The position numbers and the translations under genes are program-made. The notes beneath the pieces are model-generated. The model saw nothing but the letters and a program-made list of their open reading frames with translations, made no database searches and was not told the origin of the DNA. This document shows positions 10,178 to 19,645 of a stretch of DNA of 64,000 bases, in pieces (the first letter of the stretch is position 1; every line of letters starts with the position of its first letter). The DNA lies in the NCBI GenBank assembly GCA_963664815.2, contig CAXXHB010000003.1:992001-1056000 (forward strand). The letters are read 5' to 3'. The DNA comes from Spirochaetota bacterium. GTDB taxonomy: Bacteria; Spirochaetota; UBA4802; UBA5550.

Positions 10178-10612
10178 TTGTTTTTTATGCATAACGGTAT
10201 AAGTTTCGAAAATCAGGATGATGATCTTGCAATTGTTAAAAATGGCGAAACAATTCTTTCTGCTTATTCTTTATATTCCATAGTATTTGATCTTTTAACA
10301 GTCGATTGCTTTCTGCCGGAAGGGTGGACTCCGATCAGACAGAAATTTGATAAAATAAAAAAAACCTATGAGATATCAATAGGAGCTGAATCTGAAAAGC
10401 AGATGACCAGGGAGATAATATCTGATGAGACATATATTCATGAACTCCGGGAGGGGGAATATTTTCTTGAGAGTGTCATTGATCCAAACAGGTTTATTAC
10501 AATCCTGAAAAATAAACTTGTATTTCTCGGATTAAGCGAAAAAGAGGATTTTGTGATTGAATACAACAAAAGGTTCGGGCGCATCTCTGTAATATTCAAG
10601 GGGTGCGATTGA
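10178..10612 (+). CDS. Hypothetical protein
   Basis: 144-aa ORF with GGAGG RBS; no recognised motif. Confidence 0.6.
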   Translation: MFFMHNGISFENQDDDLAIVKNGETILSAYSLYSIVFDLLTVDCFLPEGWTPIRQKFDKIKKTYEISIGAESEKQMTREIISDETYIHELREGEYFLESVIDPNRFITILKNKLVFLGLSEKEDFVIEYNKRFGRISVIFKGCD

Positions 10613-10707
10613 AAAATGTATACAGTTTCAATAGAGGATATATAAATCCTTTTCCGGACAGAAATTTGCCGGTTAAATCATCTTCGGATCACAGAATTTT
10701 TAATGAT

Positions 10708-13700
10708 TCAGAAAATATCTGCCACAACTATAGTCAGGTCATCATCGAAAAAACCATTGTTTCCGGACCATGCTGCAAGATGGGTTTCAACTTCCTGCGT
10801 AAATAATTCAGCGCTTTTACCGGCATTGTTCTTTATAAATTCATGAAACCTTTCATCTCCGAAGTACTCTCCTGAAATATTCCGTGTTTCAGTGACGCAG
10901 TCTGTGTAGAGTATAATCCTGTCACCCGGCTCAATATCAATCTCTTTCATTTCACAGTCTGTTACAGGGAATATACCGAGTATTTTCCCTTTGCTCTTTA
11001 TTGTTGTTACCCTGCCTGTATTTTTCTTCAGCAGAATAAGCGGGCTGTGCCCGGCGTTTGAGTGGAGCAGTTTCATCCGGTCAAGGTCTATATATATGTA
11101 ACTGGCAGCGACAAAGTGGGTTTCACATTTTCCGTATATGGCGGTATGTATATTCATAAGAAGCTTGTCCGGCTGATCGTAAAACCGGCTCTGCATGTAG
11201 AATGCAATTTTAACCATGGAAGAGATCAGCGAAGCCGGAATTCCATGTCCCGACACATCAGCAACAAGTATTCCGATTTTTCTGCTGTCAGTATAATGGA
11301 AATCATAAAAATCGCCCCCTATCAGATCCATGGGTTTATATAATGCCCGGATATCAAGACCGGGGAGCTCCGGAAGTTTTTCAGGCAGAATTGAATACTG
11401 GATTCTTCTGGCAATTTCAAGTTCCCTGTTGAGACTTTCAAGTCTGTCCTGTTTGCTCACCGCTTCTTTTAATGTAAGAAGCATATCAACCCGGGCAATG
11501 AGTTCTCTCCGGTCGAAGGGTTTTGTCAGGTAGTCGTTCGCTCCCGCTTCAAAACCTGCAACAATATCCCGTATCTGGTTTTTCGCTGTCAGGAGCAGGA
11601 TCGGAAGCTGGTATAGCGAATATCTTTCCCTGATTATACCGCATACATGATATCCCGTCATCCTCGGCATCATTACATCGAGGATAATAAGATCCGGAAC
11701 CTTGCCGTTATGTATTGTGTTGATTGCATCCATTCCGTTTTCTGCGGTTATAATACTATAACCTTCAAGACCGAGCTGGTTGACAAGCACCTGGACATTC
11801 ACCGGTTCATCATCAACAATCATTATTGTGGCATCGGTAGAAGCTCTGTGCTTCGCGGATTTATCATGAGCGGAGACTGTTTCGCTTTCTTTAATGATAA
11901 ATCCGGTGGATCTGTAAGAGTAGTCAAGGTATGATTTCGGTTCATCGGGTATGCTGTTATACGTGTTTTTACCGACTGTAGGGATGGTGAAGCTGAATAC
12001 GGAGCCGTTACCTTTTTTTGATCTTACTTTTATATTTCCGCCGTGAAGTTCTACCAGGCTTTTCGTTATGGCCAGGCCAAGTCCTGCACCTCCGTAGCTT
12101 CTTGCATCGGCGGAGTCCACCTGTTTGAAGTATTCAAATATTTCATCAAACTTTTCTTCCGGGATTCCTATGCCTGTATCTGTTATGGATATTACCATTT
12201 CGGATTCAGACAGGGATGCCGTAACAGTGATTGACCCGGCATCTGTAAACTTCACAGCGTTACCCATCAGGTTATACATGATCTGCTGAATCCTGTTTTC
12301 ATCTGCGAATACAGGGGGCATATCGACATTAATATTGTTATATATTCTGACCTTTTTTACACCGATAACCGGAATAAGCAGTGTGGAAACTATCTCTGTT
12401 ATCTGCCTCATGTCAACCGGTTTTCTGTGCAGTATTATGTCGTTGTTTTTCATTTTGGAAAAATCGAGAATATCATTAACCAGATGTGTAAGCCTCATTC
12501 CACTGTGAACTATCATCTGGAGATTGGATCTCTGGCTGTCGCTTACACTCCCGGCAGCGCCGTCAATAAGAGATTCCGCAATTCCTATAATTCCGGTCAG
12601 CGGTGTTTTCAGTTCATGTGATGTGTTGGCAAGAAATTCATCTTTAAGCCTGTTGGCTTTTTTAAGTTCCTCATTGGCTGATGTTATCTCTGCATGCGCG
12701 TTTTTAAGATTTGCAACCATACTGTTAAATGTTTCGGCCAGAATCCCGAATTCGTCGGTTCTGTTTACCCTGATGACGCAATCCATGTTCCCGCGGCTTA
12801 CTTCTGCAGCGCCTGCAGTAAGCTTTCGTATGGGGATTATTATGTACTCGGCCAGTATAATAGTTATGAATATTGTGGTAATAAAAGCAAGAAGGCATAC
12901 AATAAGGGATATTGTAACCATCGATTTTTTAAAATCTGAAATCTCCTTCCTGAAAAGCTCTATTACAACCAGACCATTGGCTACTCCTTTACTGTCTGTT
13001 ATTACGCCGTATACAGTTGATGTGTTTTCTCCGTAAATGCTTGTCTGTGTGTCTCTTTTGACAATGGTGTTTCTCTGGCCGTCAATAATCTTTTTACAGT
13101 GTTCAACAACATCCCTTGATTCCGCGTAGAGTTCACCAGGCATACTCTGGGATTCATTTCTGGCGGTAAATGAACAGTAGAGCTGAAACGGTTTATTGCC
13201 GATAAAGATTTCCGAATAAAGCTCACGGTTGCTGAAATTGAGTTTTTTACCGGAGGCTTCAAGCGTAAGAGGAGCTCTGGAAATAACCCGCACCAGTTCT
13301 TTTTCTCCCAGATAAAGGATGCCGTTATCGCTGATTTTTAAAGGAATGATTTCATTACCGGCGCGGATGTTAAAATCTTTTGTATATATTGTTTCGTTAT
13401 ATTTGATTCTGATCTCGTTATCTTTTCCTATTGAAAGGGCGAGCCCGAATAACTCGGTGGTAATCCATACAGTGTCGGTTGTCATAATATCGGAATCGAT
13501 TATGTATGTAAGTCTGTCATTTTTTCTGTCGTAATTTATTGTAAAGAGATAGGTTATATAGTTTTCATGTTGTTTAATTTTATTAAGATAGTCCAGATAT
13601 CTCCGGTATTCACTGTCTTTATTTGACTTAATGGAGTTGAGCGATTTATGCTTATCTCCGTCGATCGAGAGAGCGATGGAACGCGCCAGGGACTGCTTGC

Positions 13701-13827
13701 TGTCTATGAATGATTTGTAGTATAATTCCCCGGCATATTTGTAAAGTGCTGCCCCAAGTGATAAAGCAATTATCAGGTCGGTGATTATTGAATAGAGAAT
13801 AATCTTTTTCTTCAGGTTTATCTTCAT
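10708..13827 (-). CDS. Membrane hybrid sensor: HAMP-HisKA-HATPase-REC-SpoIIE phosphatase
   Basis: Two TM segments, HAMP (DEFGILAETFN), SHELKTPL, GAGLGL, REC (DVMMP), PP2C (GGDFYD, DVSGHG). Confidence 0.92.
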   Translation of the reverse strand: MKINLKKKIILYSIITDLIIALSLGAALYKYAGELYYKSFIDSKQSLARSIALSIDGDKHKSLNSIKSNKDSEYRRYLDYLNKIKQHENYITYLFTINYDRKNDRLTYIIDSDIMTTDTVWITTELFGLALSIGKDNEIRIKYNETIYTKDFNIRAGNEIIPLKISDNGILYLGEKELVRVISRAPLTLEASGKKLNFSNRELYSEIFIGNKPFQLYCSFTARNESQSMPGELYAESRDVVEHCKKIIDGQRNTIVKRDTQTSIYGENTSTVYGVITDSKGVANGLVVIELFRKEISDFKKSMVTISLIVCLLAFITTIFITIILAEYIIIPIRKLTAGAAEVSRGNMDCVIRVNRTDEFGILAETFNSMVANLKNAHAEITSANEELKKANRLKDEFLANTSHELKTPLTGIIGIAESLIDGAAGSVSDSQRSNLQMIVHSGMRLTHLVNDILDFSKMKNNDIILHRKPVDMRQITEIVSTLLIPVIGVKKVRIYNNINVDMPPVFADENRIQQIMYNLMGNAVKFTDAGSITVTASLSESEMVISITDTGIGIPEEKFDEIFEYFKQVDSADARSYGGAGLGLAITKSLVELHGGNIKVRSKKGNGSVFSFTIPTVGKNTYNSIPDEPKSYLDYSYRSTGFIIKESETVSAHDKSAKHRASTDATIMIVDDEPVNVQVLVNQLGLEGYSIITAENGMDAINTIHNGKVPDLIILDVMMPRMTGYHVCGIIRERYSLYQLPILLLTAKNQIRDIVAGFEAGANDYLTKPFDRRELIARVDMLLTLKEAVSKQDRLESLNRELEIARRIQYSILPEKLPELPGLDIRALYKPMDLIGGDFYDFHYTDSRKIGILVADVSGHGIPASLISSMVKIAFYMQSRFYDQPDKLLMNIHTAIYGKCETHFVAASYIYIDLDRMKLLHSNAGHSPLILLKKNTGRVTTIKSKGKILGIFPVTDCEMKEIDIEPGDRIILYTDCVTETRNISGEYFGDERFHEFIKNNAGKSAELFTQEVETHLAAWSGNNGFFDDDLTIVVADIF

Positions 13828-14064
13828 ATAGAATATAAAACTCCGGTTTTTTATAACAAAATGGATTCAGGGATTACTTTATTGGATGTAGTGCGCTAAA
13901 TATAAACATGTCAATATAAAAATGAATATGGCTTCAGATTATGTTTTTTTAAACAGAAAAGCCATGTATCATGTATATTGAAAGAAAAACCCCCCTGTTG
14001 AAGGGAGGTCTGAAGAAAAATATTAATTTAAATATAAAATTAATAAAGTGGAATTATATATGCA

Positions 14065-14883
14065 TCATGTACCTGAAAAAACAGGTTTCTTTCTCTGTGA
14101 AAATGACTGGAATGCTTCAATAAGATCATTTGAGGGAATTATGTAGTTGCTGACGGCGGCATTGAATTTAAGAGAGTCGTCTATTGTTTTACCAATGCCG
14201 TATTTTAATACGAATTTTGACGCCTGGACCGCAAGAGGTGAATTGGCTGCAATCTCCTCTGCCATTTTTTGCGCTCCGGCAAGAAGTTCATCGTAGTTTT
14301 CATATACTTTATTTACGAGGTTTATCTCTTTAGCCCGCGATGCATCAATGTCTTCCGCAGTAAATGCAAGTTCTCTTGCAACCCCCTGGCCGACAATGTG
14401 CGGTATCCTCTGCAAAACCCCGACATCTGCAACAAAACCGATTGCCGCTTCCCTGAGAGAGAATACCGAGTCTTTCGTGCATAGTCTTATATCGCAGGCG
14501 GTAACCATATCAAGGCCTCCGCCGATGCAGTAGGAGTGAATTGCTGCGATTACAGGTTTTCTGCATTTTTCCATGGCGGAAATTCCTTCCTGAAGCATAA
14601 GAATCTTCTCGTAGAATTTTCTTTTTATCCCGCCGTACTGCTGCTTTTCAAGCAGTTCGCTGAATACCGGAACCATTGCCGTGAGGTCAATTCCGGCGGA
14701 GAAACATGAACCTTTACCCGCCATAACGATTACACGCACTTCATCATCTTCATCCAGCTCTTTGAACAGCGGAACTGTCTCTGTCCATGCCGGGGGATTC
14801 ATGCTGTTCTTCTTTTCAGGCCTGTTGAGCCATACCCACGCGATGTGCCCCTTCTTCTCTACTGAATAAAACTCATAATTCAT
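14065..14883 (-). CDS. Enoyl-CoA hydratase/isomerase (crotonase; dienoyl-CoA isomerase-like)
   Basis: LNRPEKKN, FSAGIDL, CIGGGLD, ADVGVLQR. Confidence 0.9.
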   Translation of the reverse strand: MNYEFYSVEKKGHIAWVWLNRPEKKNSMNPPAWTETVPLFKELDEDDEVRVIVMAGKGSCFSAGIDLTAMVPVFSELLEKQQYGGIKRKFYEKILMLQEGISAMEKCRKPVIAAIHSYCIGGGLDMVTACDIRLCTKDSVFSLREAAIGFVADVGVLQRIPHIVGQGVARELAFTAEDIDASRAKEINLVNKVYENYDELLAGAQKMAEEIAANSPLAVQASKFVLKYGIGKTIDDSLKFNAAVSNYIIPSNDLIEAFQSFSQRKKPVFSGT

Positions 14884-14904
14884 ATTCTTCTCTCCTTTAA
14901 TCTG

Positions 14905-15450
14905 CTAATCTGCTTTCTCTACTGTCTCCTTGATATGAGGCGCCAGCATAATACTCTGGATTATCACGAAGAGTATCATGCATCCGAGTATACCAAAAAG
15001 CTTGAAGTTTACCCATATATTTGTACTGAAATGGTAAGCGACGTAAAGGTTGAGTGCCCCGACTACGGCAAAAAATACGGCCCAGGAATTGTTAAGTCTT
15101 TCCCATACATGGAGCGGGACATCTATCTGCTTCTGAAGCATTGCCTGTATAAAGTTTTTATTAAAACCATACCTGCCGACAATGAGTATCACTGCAAATA
15201 TCCAGTAAAGAACAGTCGGTTTCCATTTGATAAAGAGCTCGTTGTGAACCAGGAGCGTGGCGCCTCCGAAAACAATGATAACAACAAGGCTTATAATCAT
15301 AGGCTTCTCGACCTTTCTGTTTTTAAACCAGGTGTATGTTATCTGAAGAATGCTGGCCGCAATGGCGACAGATGTTGCAACATATATCCCCTTGAATTTA
15401 TATGCCGCAAAAAAAAGGATGATGGGAAACATTTCGAAAAGGAATTTCAT
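14905..15450 (-). CDS. yciB: Inner-membrane septation protein A (YciB/IspZ)
   Basis: FGGATL, FIKWKPT, WVNFKLFG signature motifs. Confidence 0.92.
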   Translation of the reverse strand: MKFLFEMFPIILFFAAYKFKGIYVATSVAIAASILQITYTWFKNRKVEKPMIISLVVIIVFGGATLLVHNELFIKWKPTVLYWIFAVILIVGRYGFNKNFIQAMLQKQIDVPLHVWERLNNSWAVFFAVVGALNLYVAYHFSTNIWVNFKLFGILGCMILFVIIQSIMLAPHIKETVEKAD

Positions 15451-15704
15451 TATTACTCCGGTAATTATAATAAAAGTTGAAGCTGCAGGATTACCTGCAG
15501 TCTGGTTAAGAATTAATAGTAAACCGCAAAATGCAAGAAAGATTTATGGGGGAAATGTGTTTTTTAAATATGGAAATCATTCAAATTACATGGCATATTA
15601 TTTGTTAAAGCAGACTTTGTTTTTTAACATTGACTGATAAATAAACATCATATTTATTAGAGAAAATTGTATATTTTTAATTAAGATGAAACGGGTATTT
15701 TATT

Positions 15705-16685
15705 ATGGAACCGGTATTTACACGCAGGTATAAAATAAATCTGCTTTTTTCGCTTATAATTTCTTTTACGGCGGCATTGATTGCTGTGTATTCCGTCCCG
15801 TTTCTGCAGCGCGGCTTTTTTCCCGGAACACCTGAAATTCAGGGTATAGCAGCGGCAGCAGTTTTCATGGGGCTTCATATTTTTATAACAGGAAAGTACA
15901 GAAGAAGAAAAAAGACAGCGGCAAGGCCTTTCCCGGATGAGTGGAGGGAAATACTGTCAGAGATGGTTCTGTTTTATAAAATGCTGGATGAAGATGATAA
16001 ATACTATTTTGAAAAAAGAATACAGATATTCCTTTCGGAGAAGATAATTACCGGAATAGAAACTGAGATTGATGACAGAACAAGGCTTCTTGTCGCATCC
16101 GCTGCAATTATCCCTGTTTTTAAAATTGAAGACTGGGAATACGATACACTCGGAGAGATACTTGTCTACCCGGACAGGTTTGATGAAGAGTATAATTTTA
16201 AATCCGGAGAAAGGGATGTGCTGGGGATGGTAGTGCAGAATACATCATCTCTGATAATTTCGAAGAAAGAGCTGTTCCGAGGGTTCAGGTCGATGGATGG
16301 CGAGAATGCGGCCATCCATGAATTCATTCATAAAATGGATGAAGAGGATGGTATAATAGACGGGCTTCCGGTGCTTATGCTGAATAAAGATGAACTTTCT
16401 CAGTGGAAGAAGATCAGGGCTGCAGAGATGGAGAAGCTTGAAAAGGGGAAATCTGATCTCGATCCATACGCGCTTACGGGTGAAACCGAATTTCTTGCAG
16501 TGGCCGGAGAGTACTTTTTCGGACATCCTGAGAAGATGAAAGAAAGAAACCCGGAACTCTATAATATTTTAAAAACAATTTTCAGGCAGGATACTGCCTC
16601 GCTGATAAAAGCCGAGGCGCTTCGTTTATTCAGAAAAAGGGGAAAAAGAGAAAAGAATGTGAAGCAGGGAAAATTTAATACATGA
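15705..16685 (+). CDS. MtfA/M90-family zinc peptidase with N-terminal TM helices
   Basis: ILVYP, HEFIH (HExxH), YALT..EFLAV..EYFF..P. Confidence 0.85.
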   Translation: MEPVFTRRYKINLLFSLIISFTAALIAVYSVPFLQRGFFPGTPEIQGIAAAAVFMGLHIFITGKYRRRKKTAARPFPDEWREILSEMVLFYKMLDEDDKYYFEKRIQIFLSEKIITGIETEIDDRTRLLVASAAIIPVFKIEDWEYDTLGEILVYPDRFDEEYNFKSGERDVLGMVVQNTSSLIISKKELFRGFRSMDGENAAIHEFIHKMDEEDGIIDGLPVLMLNKDELSQWKKIRAAEMEKLEKGKSDLDPYALTGETEFLAVAGEYFFGHPEKMKERNPELYNILKTIFRQDTASLIKAEALRLFRKRGKREKNVKQGKFNT

Positions 16686-16713
16686 GATAAGCAAAAGGGG
16701 GAAGGTACTGCTT

Positions 16714-17265
16714 TTAATTTTCAATAATATCAGCGGGATTGAACCTGCGCAGAAGCAAAAGGGAAATATAATAAATAATCAAAAAAACGGGAATCGAGAT
16801 TATTATCCAGGCGAAAAGACCCTGAAGGTTGGCAACCCATAAAATTCTAAGAGCGTTGATAAATCCGGATTCAAACAGCCTTAAAATATCTTTAATAGTA
16901 AACCCGGATGATGTCAGCCCCAGTATTTTTTCACCTGCCTTGATAAACGGGACATAGAGAATAAGCTGCAGCGGGTATGCAGTATAGTTCATAAGCTGTA
17001 TGGAAACCATATTCAGCCTGAGAACGACGGCAAGAATTGCACATATTGCCGTAGAAACGCCTATGAATGGAATTATGCCGATAACAAACCCGGTTGCGAT
17101 AGAGAGCGCAAGCATCTCCGGCGAGACCCCCTGTTTCAGAAGGTCAATAAACGGCAGAATAATTTTATTTTTAAGGAGGTTAAACATAATAATGCATGAC
17201 GGCCCTGTAATAGTATTCCGGCAACAGTTACGGATCAATGGATTTTGTATACCAGATTTCTTCAA
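16714..17265 (-). CDS. DUF2062-family membrane protein (start possibly 17187)
   Basis: LKQGVSPEMLALS..G..IG..P..G motif; hydrophobic. Confidence 0.75.
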   Translation of the reverse strand: MKKSGIQNPLIRNCCRNTITGPSCIIMFNLLKNKIILPFIDLLKQGVSPEMLALSIATGFVIGIIPFIGVSTAICAILAVVLRLNMVSIQLMNYTAYPLQLILYVPFIKAGEKILGLTSSGFTIKDILRLFESGFINALRILWVANLQGLFAWIIISIPVFLIIYYISLLLLRRFNPADIIEN

Positions 17266-17396
17266 TATATAATATTAAAATGATATTAAATACAATTAAA
17301 TACATTTTTGTCAATATTAAAACAGCCCGGAGGTGACATAGCATCGGCGGCAGGAGTGCGGGAGCATCAGGAAAAAAAGTTGACTTAAAATATATG

Positions 17397-17430
17397 TTTC
17401 AATAATTTGATAATTATCAAATTATTGAAA
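17397..17430. promoter_or_regulatory. Probable ArsR autoregulatory operator (perfect 34-bp palindrome)
   Basis: TTTCAATAATTTGATAA|TTATCAAATTATTGAAA lies between TTGACT (-35, 17380) and the ArsR start; related core TTCGATAATTGTCAAA at about 17780. Confidence 0.7.
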
Positions 17431-17439
17431 GCGGGAAGT

Positions 17440-17763
17440 ATGAAGAAAAACACCAGGAAGCCTGTTGATGTGAAAAGGATGACCAGAATATTCAAGGCTC
17501 TCTCCAACGAGAACAGGCTTGAGCTTTTCCTGGAGATAATGAAAATAAACGAGGCATGCTTTGAAGCTGAATGTACCGAATGTTTTATAACGGATATAAT
17601 GGATACTCTCAGTATCGGGGCACCAACTGTTTCCCACCACATGAAAGAGCTTACCGGTGCAGGGCTTGTTGTAACAGAGAGAAGGGGGAAGTTTCTCACC
17701 GCGAAAATTAACGATGAAATTATAAGCGAACTTGCAGACATTTTTATCAGAGAGAAGTCATGA
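17440..17763 (+). CDS. ArsR/SmtB-family transcriptional regulator
   Basis: IFKALSNENRL, PTVSHHMKEL..AGLV...RRGK; Cys cluster. Confidence 0.9.
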   Translation: MKKNTRKPVDVKRMTRIFKALSNENRLELFLEIMKINEACFEAECTECFITDIMDTLSIGAPTVSHHMKELTGAGLVVTERRGKFLTAKINDEIISELADIFIREKS

Positions 17764-17827
17764 TTTTTTTATGCAATTATTCGATAATTGTCAAAGTTTA
17801 TAAATATCAAATTAAAGGGGGGTTTCA

Positions 17828-18691
17828 ATGTCGCAGAAAAGAGCAGAGGATATTATAAGGATGAGGCATTCCTGCAGGTCATACCGGGATATACCTCTTC
17901 TTGAAAATGACCGTACAGGGCTTGAAGAGTTTATAAAGCAGAGGATTACCGGGCCATTCGGATCTTTTGCGGAATTTATTCTTATCGCAGCTGTCCCCTC
18001 TGACAGCGATGTTTTAAAGGGGCTTGGAACATATGGGTTTATCAGAAACCCGGCCGCTTTCATTGTCGGGATTTTAAAAGATGAACTGCAGAACCTTGAG
18101 GATTTCGGCTATTCAATGGAGAGAATAATACTTCATGCGACTGAGATGGGCCTTGGATCCTGCTGGCTCGGTGGAAGCTTTAAGAGAAGCAGCTTTGCTG
18201 AAAAGGCCGGAATAAAAGGTGAAGAGGTTATTCCGGCAGTAGCCTCGATCGGTTATACAGCCGACCGGAAAACTCTTACCGACAGATTAATAAGGTCATT
18301 TGCAGGATCGGACAACAGGAAAAGCCGGAATGAACTGTTTTTCTGCGACAATAAAGGGCGGCTGGATGCATATCCGGAAAATGTTTACAAAAAAGCCCTG
18401 GATATGGTGCGTCTTGCCCCTTCTGCTTCAAACAAACAACCCTGGAGAATTGTGAAAGAGGATGGAAAAAATATATTTCACTTCTTCCTGGAGAGGACAC
18501 CCGGTTATAACAGGAATGTAAAACCATCAGGGCGTGCTGACCTGCAGAGAGTCGATATGGGGATTGCAATGTGCCACTTCGAATGCGCCGCCATTGAGCT
18601 TGGTCTTAAAGGTTTGTGGAACAGAGAAATAACGGCCGGCATTAAATGCCCGGAAACATGGGAATACAGTATAACATGGAATGGGGAGTGA
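17828..18691 (+). CDS. Nitroreductase family protein
   Basis: RHSCRSY, GLGSCWLG, APSASNKQPW, VDMGIAMCHF. Confidence 0.88.
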   Translation: MSQKRAEDIIRMRHSCRSYRDIPLLENDRTGLEEFIKQRITGPFGSFAEFILIAAVPSDSDVLKGLGTYGFIRNPAAFIVGILKDELQNLEDFGYSMERIILHATEMGLGSCWLGGSFKRSSFAEKAGIKGEEVIPAVASIGYTADRKTLTDRLIRSFAGSDNRKSRNELFFCDNKGRLDAYPENVYKKALDMVRLAPSASNKQPWRIVKEDGKNIFHFFLERTPGYNRNVKPSGRADLQRVDMGIAMCHFECAAIELGLKGLWNREITAGIKCPETWEYSITWNGE

Positions 18692-18695
18692 TTTT

Positions 18696-19640
18696 ATGAA
18701 AATAACAAGGAGAGCATTTGCCATCGGAGTTACTGCCGGCGCAGCCGGATTATACCTGTCGGGGATTATAAGGGGTGAGAGTCTGAAAAGAGGGAATAAT
18801 ATGAAAAGCGGAAAAGCAAAGAGGGGACTTGTCGTATGGTACAGCCAGACAGGCAACACTGCGAGAATAGGGAAGCTCATTGCATCAACATGGAGAAATG
18901 CTGGAATCAAAACGGATTCCGGCGACTACAGGGATCTGACGGATATAAATTTTAAAGATTATGATGTTATAGCCATGGGGAGCCCGGTATACTATTATGA
19001 AGTGCCGGAAAATTTCAGAAAATGGATAAAGAAAATCCCTTCAATCGGGGGCATACCGGTTGCATCATTTGTAACATTTGGAGGGGAGGGTGGAAACCAG
19101 CATAATACGGCATACAGCATCCTTGAAATGCTTTCGCTTAAAGGTGGTGTGCCGGCGGGTATGGGCCTTTTCGGCGCCATGTCATCATTTGCCCTTACCT
19201 GGTCGGCAGGAAACGGGGAACGTGTCCTGAAGTACAAAGATCAGCCTGATGAAGCAGCATATTCGAAAGTGAAGGGATACGCGCGGGATATACTTGTAAG
19301 GATTAAAGATGGTAAAGAATTCCATGTGTCGGATGAGTTCAACTTCAGGAATTATATAAGCGGTGGTATGTCGATAGGTTTTACAAAACTTATGATAACG
19401 GGACATAAGGTAAACAGGGGAAAATGCATAAACTGCGGGAGATGTGTGAAGTCATGTCCTGCAAACTCGATATTCCCGGAAAAGGGTCAGGTCGATACCG
19501 GTAAATGTATTGCGTGTCTGGGGTGTATCAACAACTGTCCGGCTGATGCAGTGGAGATGAATTTTATGGGGAAAAGGGTTTACGGCTTCACCGAGTTTCT
19601 TAAAAGAAATAATGTTGTTATTAAAGAACCTGTGTGTTAG
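18696..19640 (+). CDS. EFR1-family flavodoxin-ferredoxin with a possible Tat signal
   Basis: TRRAF twin-arginine N-terminus; YSQTGNT flavodoxin motif; two CxxCxxCxxxCP clusters. Confidence 0.85.
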   Translation: MKITRRAFAIGVTAGAAGLYLSGIIRGESLKRGNNMKSGKAKRGLVVWYSQTGNTARIGKLIASTWRNAGIKTDSGDYRDLTDINFKDYDVIAMGSPVYYYEVPENFRKWIKKIPSIGGIPVASFVTFGGEGGNQHNTAYSILEMLSLKGGVPAGMGLFGAMSSFALTWSAGNGERVLKYKDQPDEAAYSKVKGYARDILVRIKDGKEFHVSDEFNFRNYISGGMSIGFTKLMITGHKVNRGKCINCGRCVKSCPANSIFPEKGQVDTGKCIACLGCINNCPADAVEMNFMGKRVYGFTEFLKRNNVVIKEPVC

Positions 19641-19645
19641 ATCGT

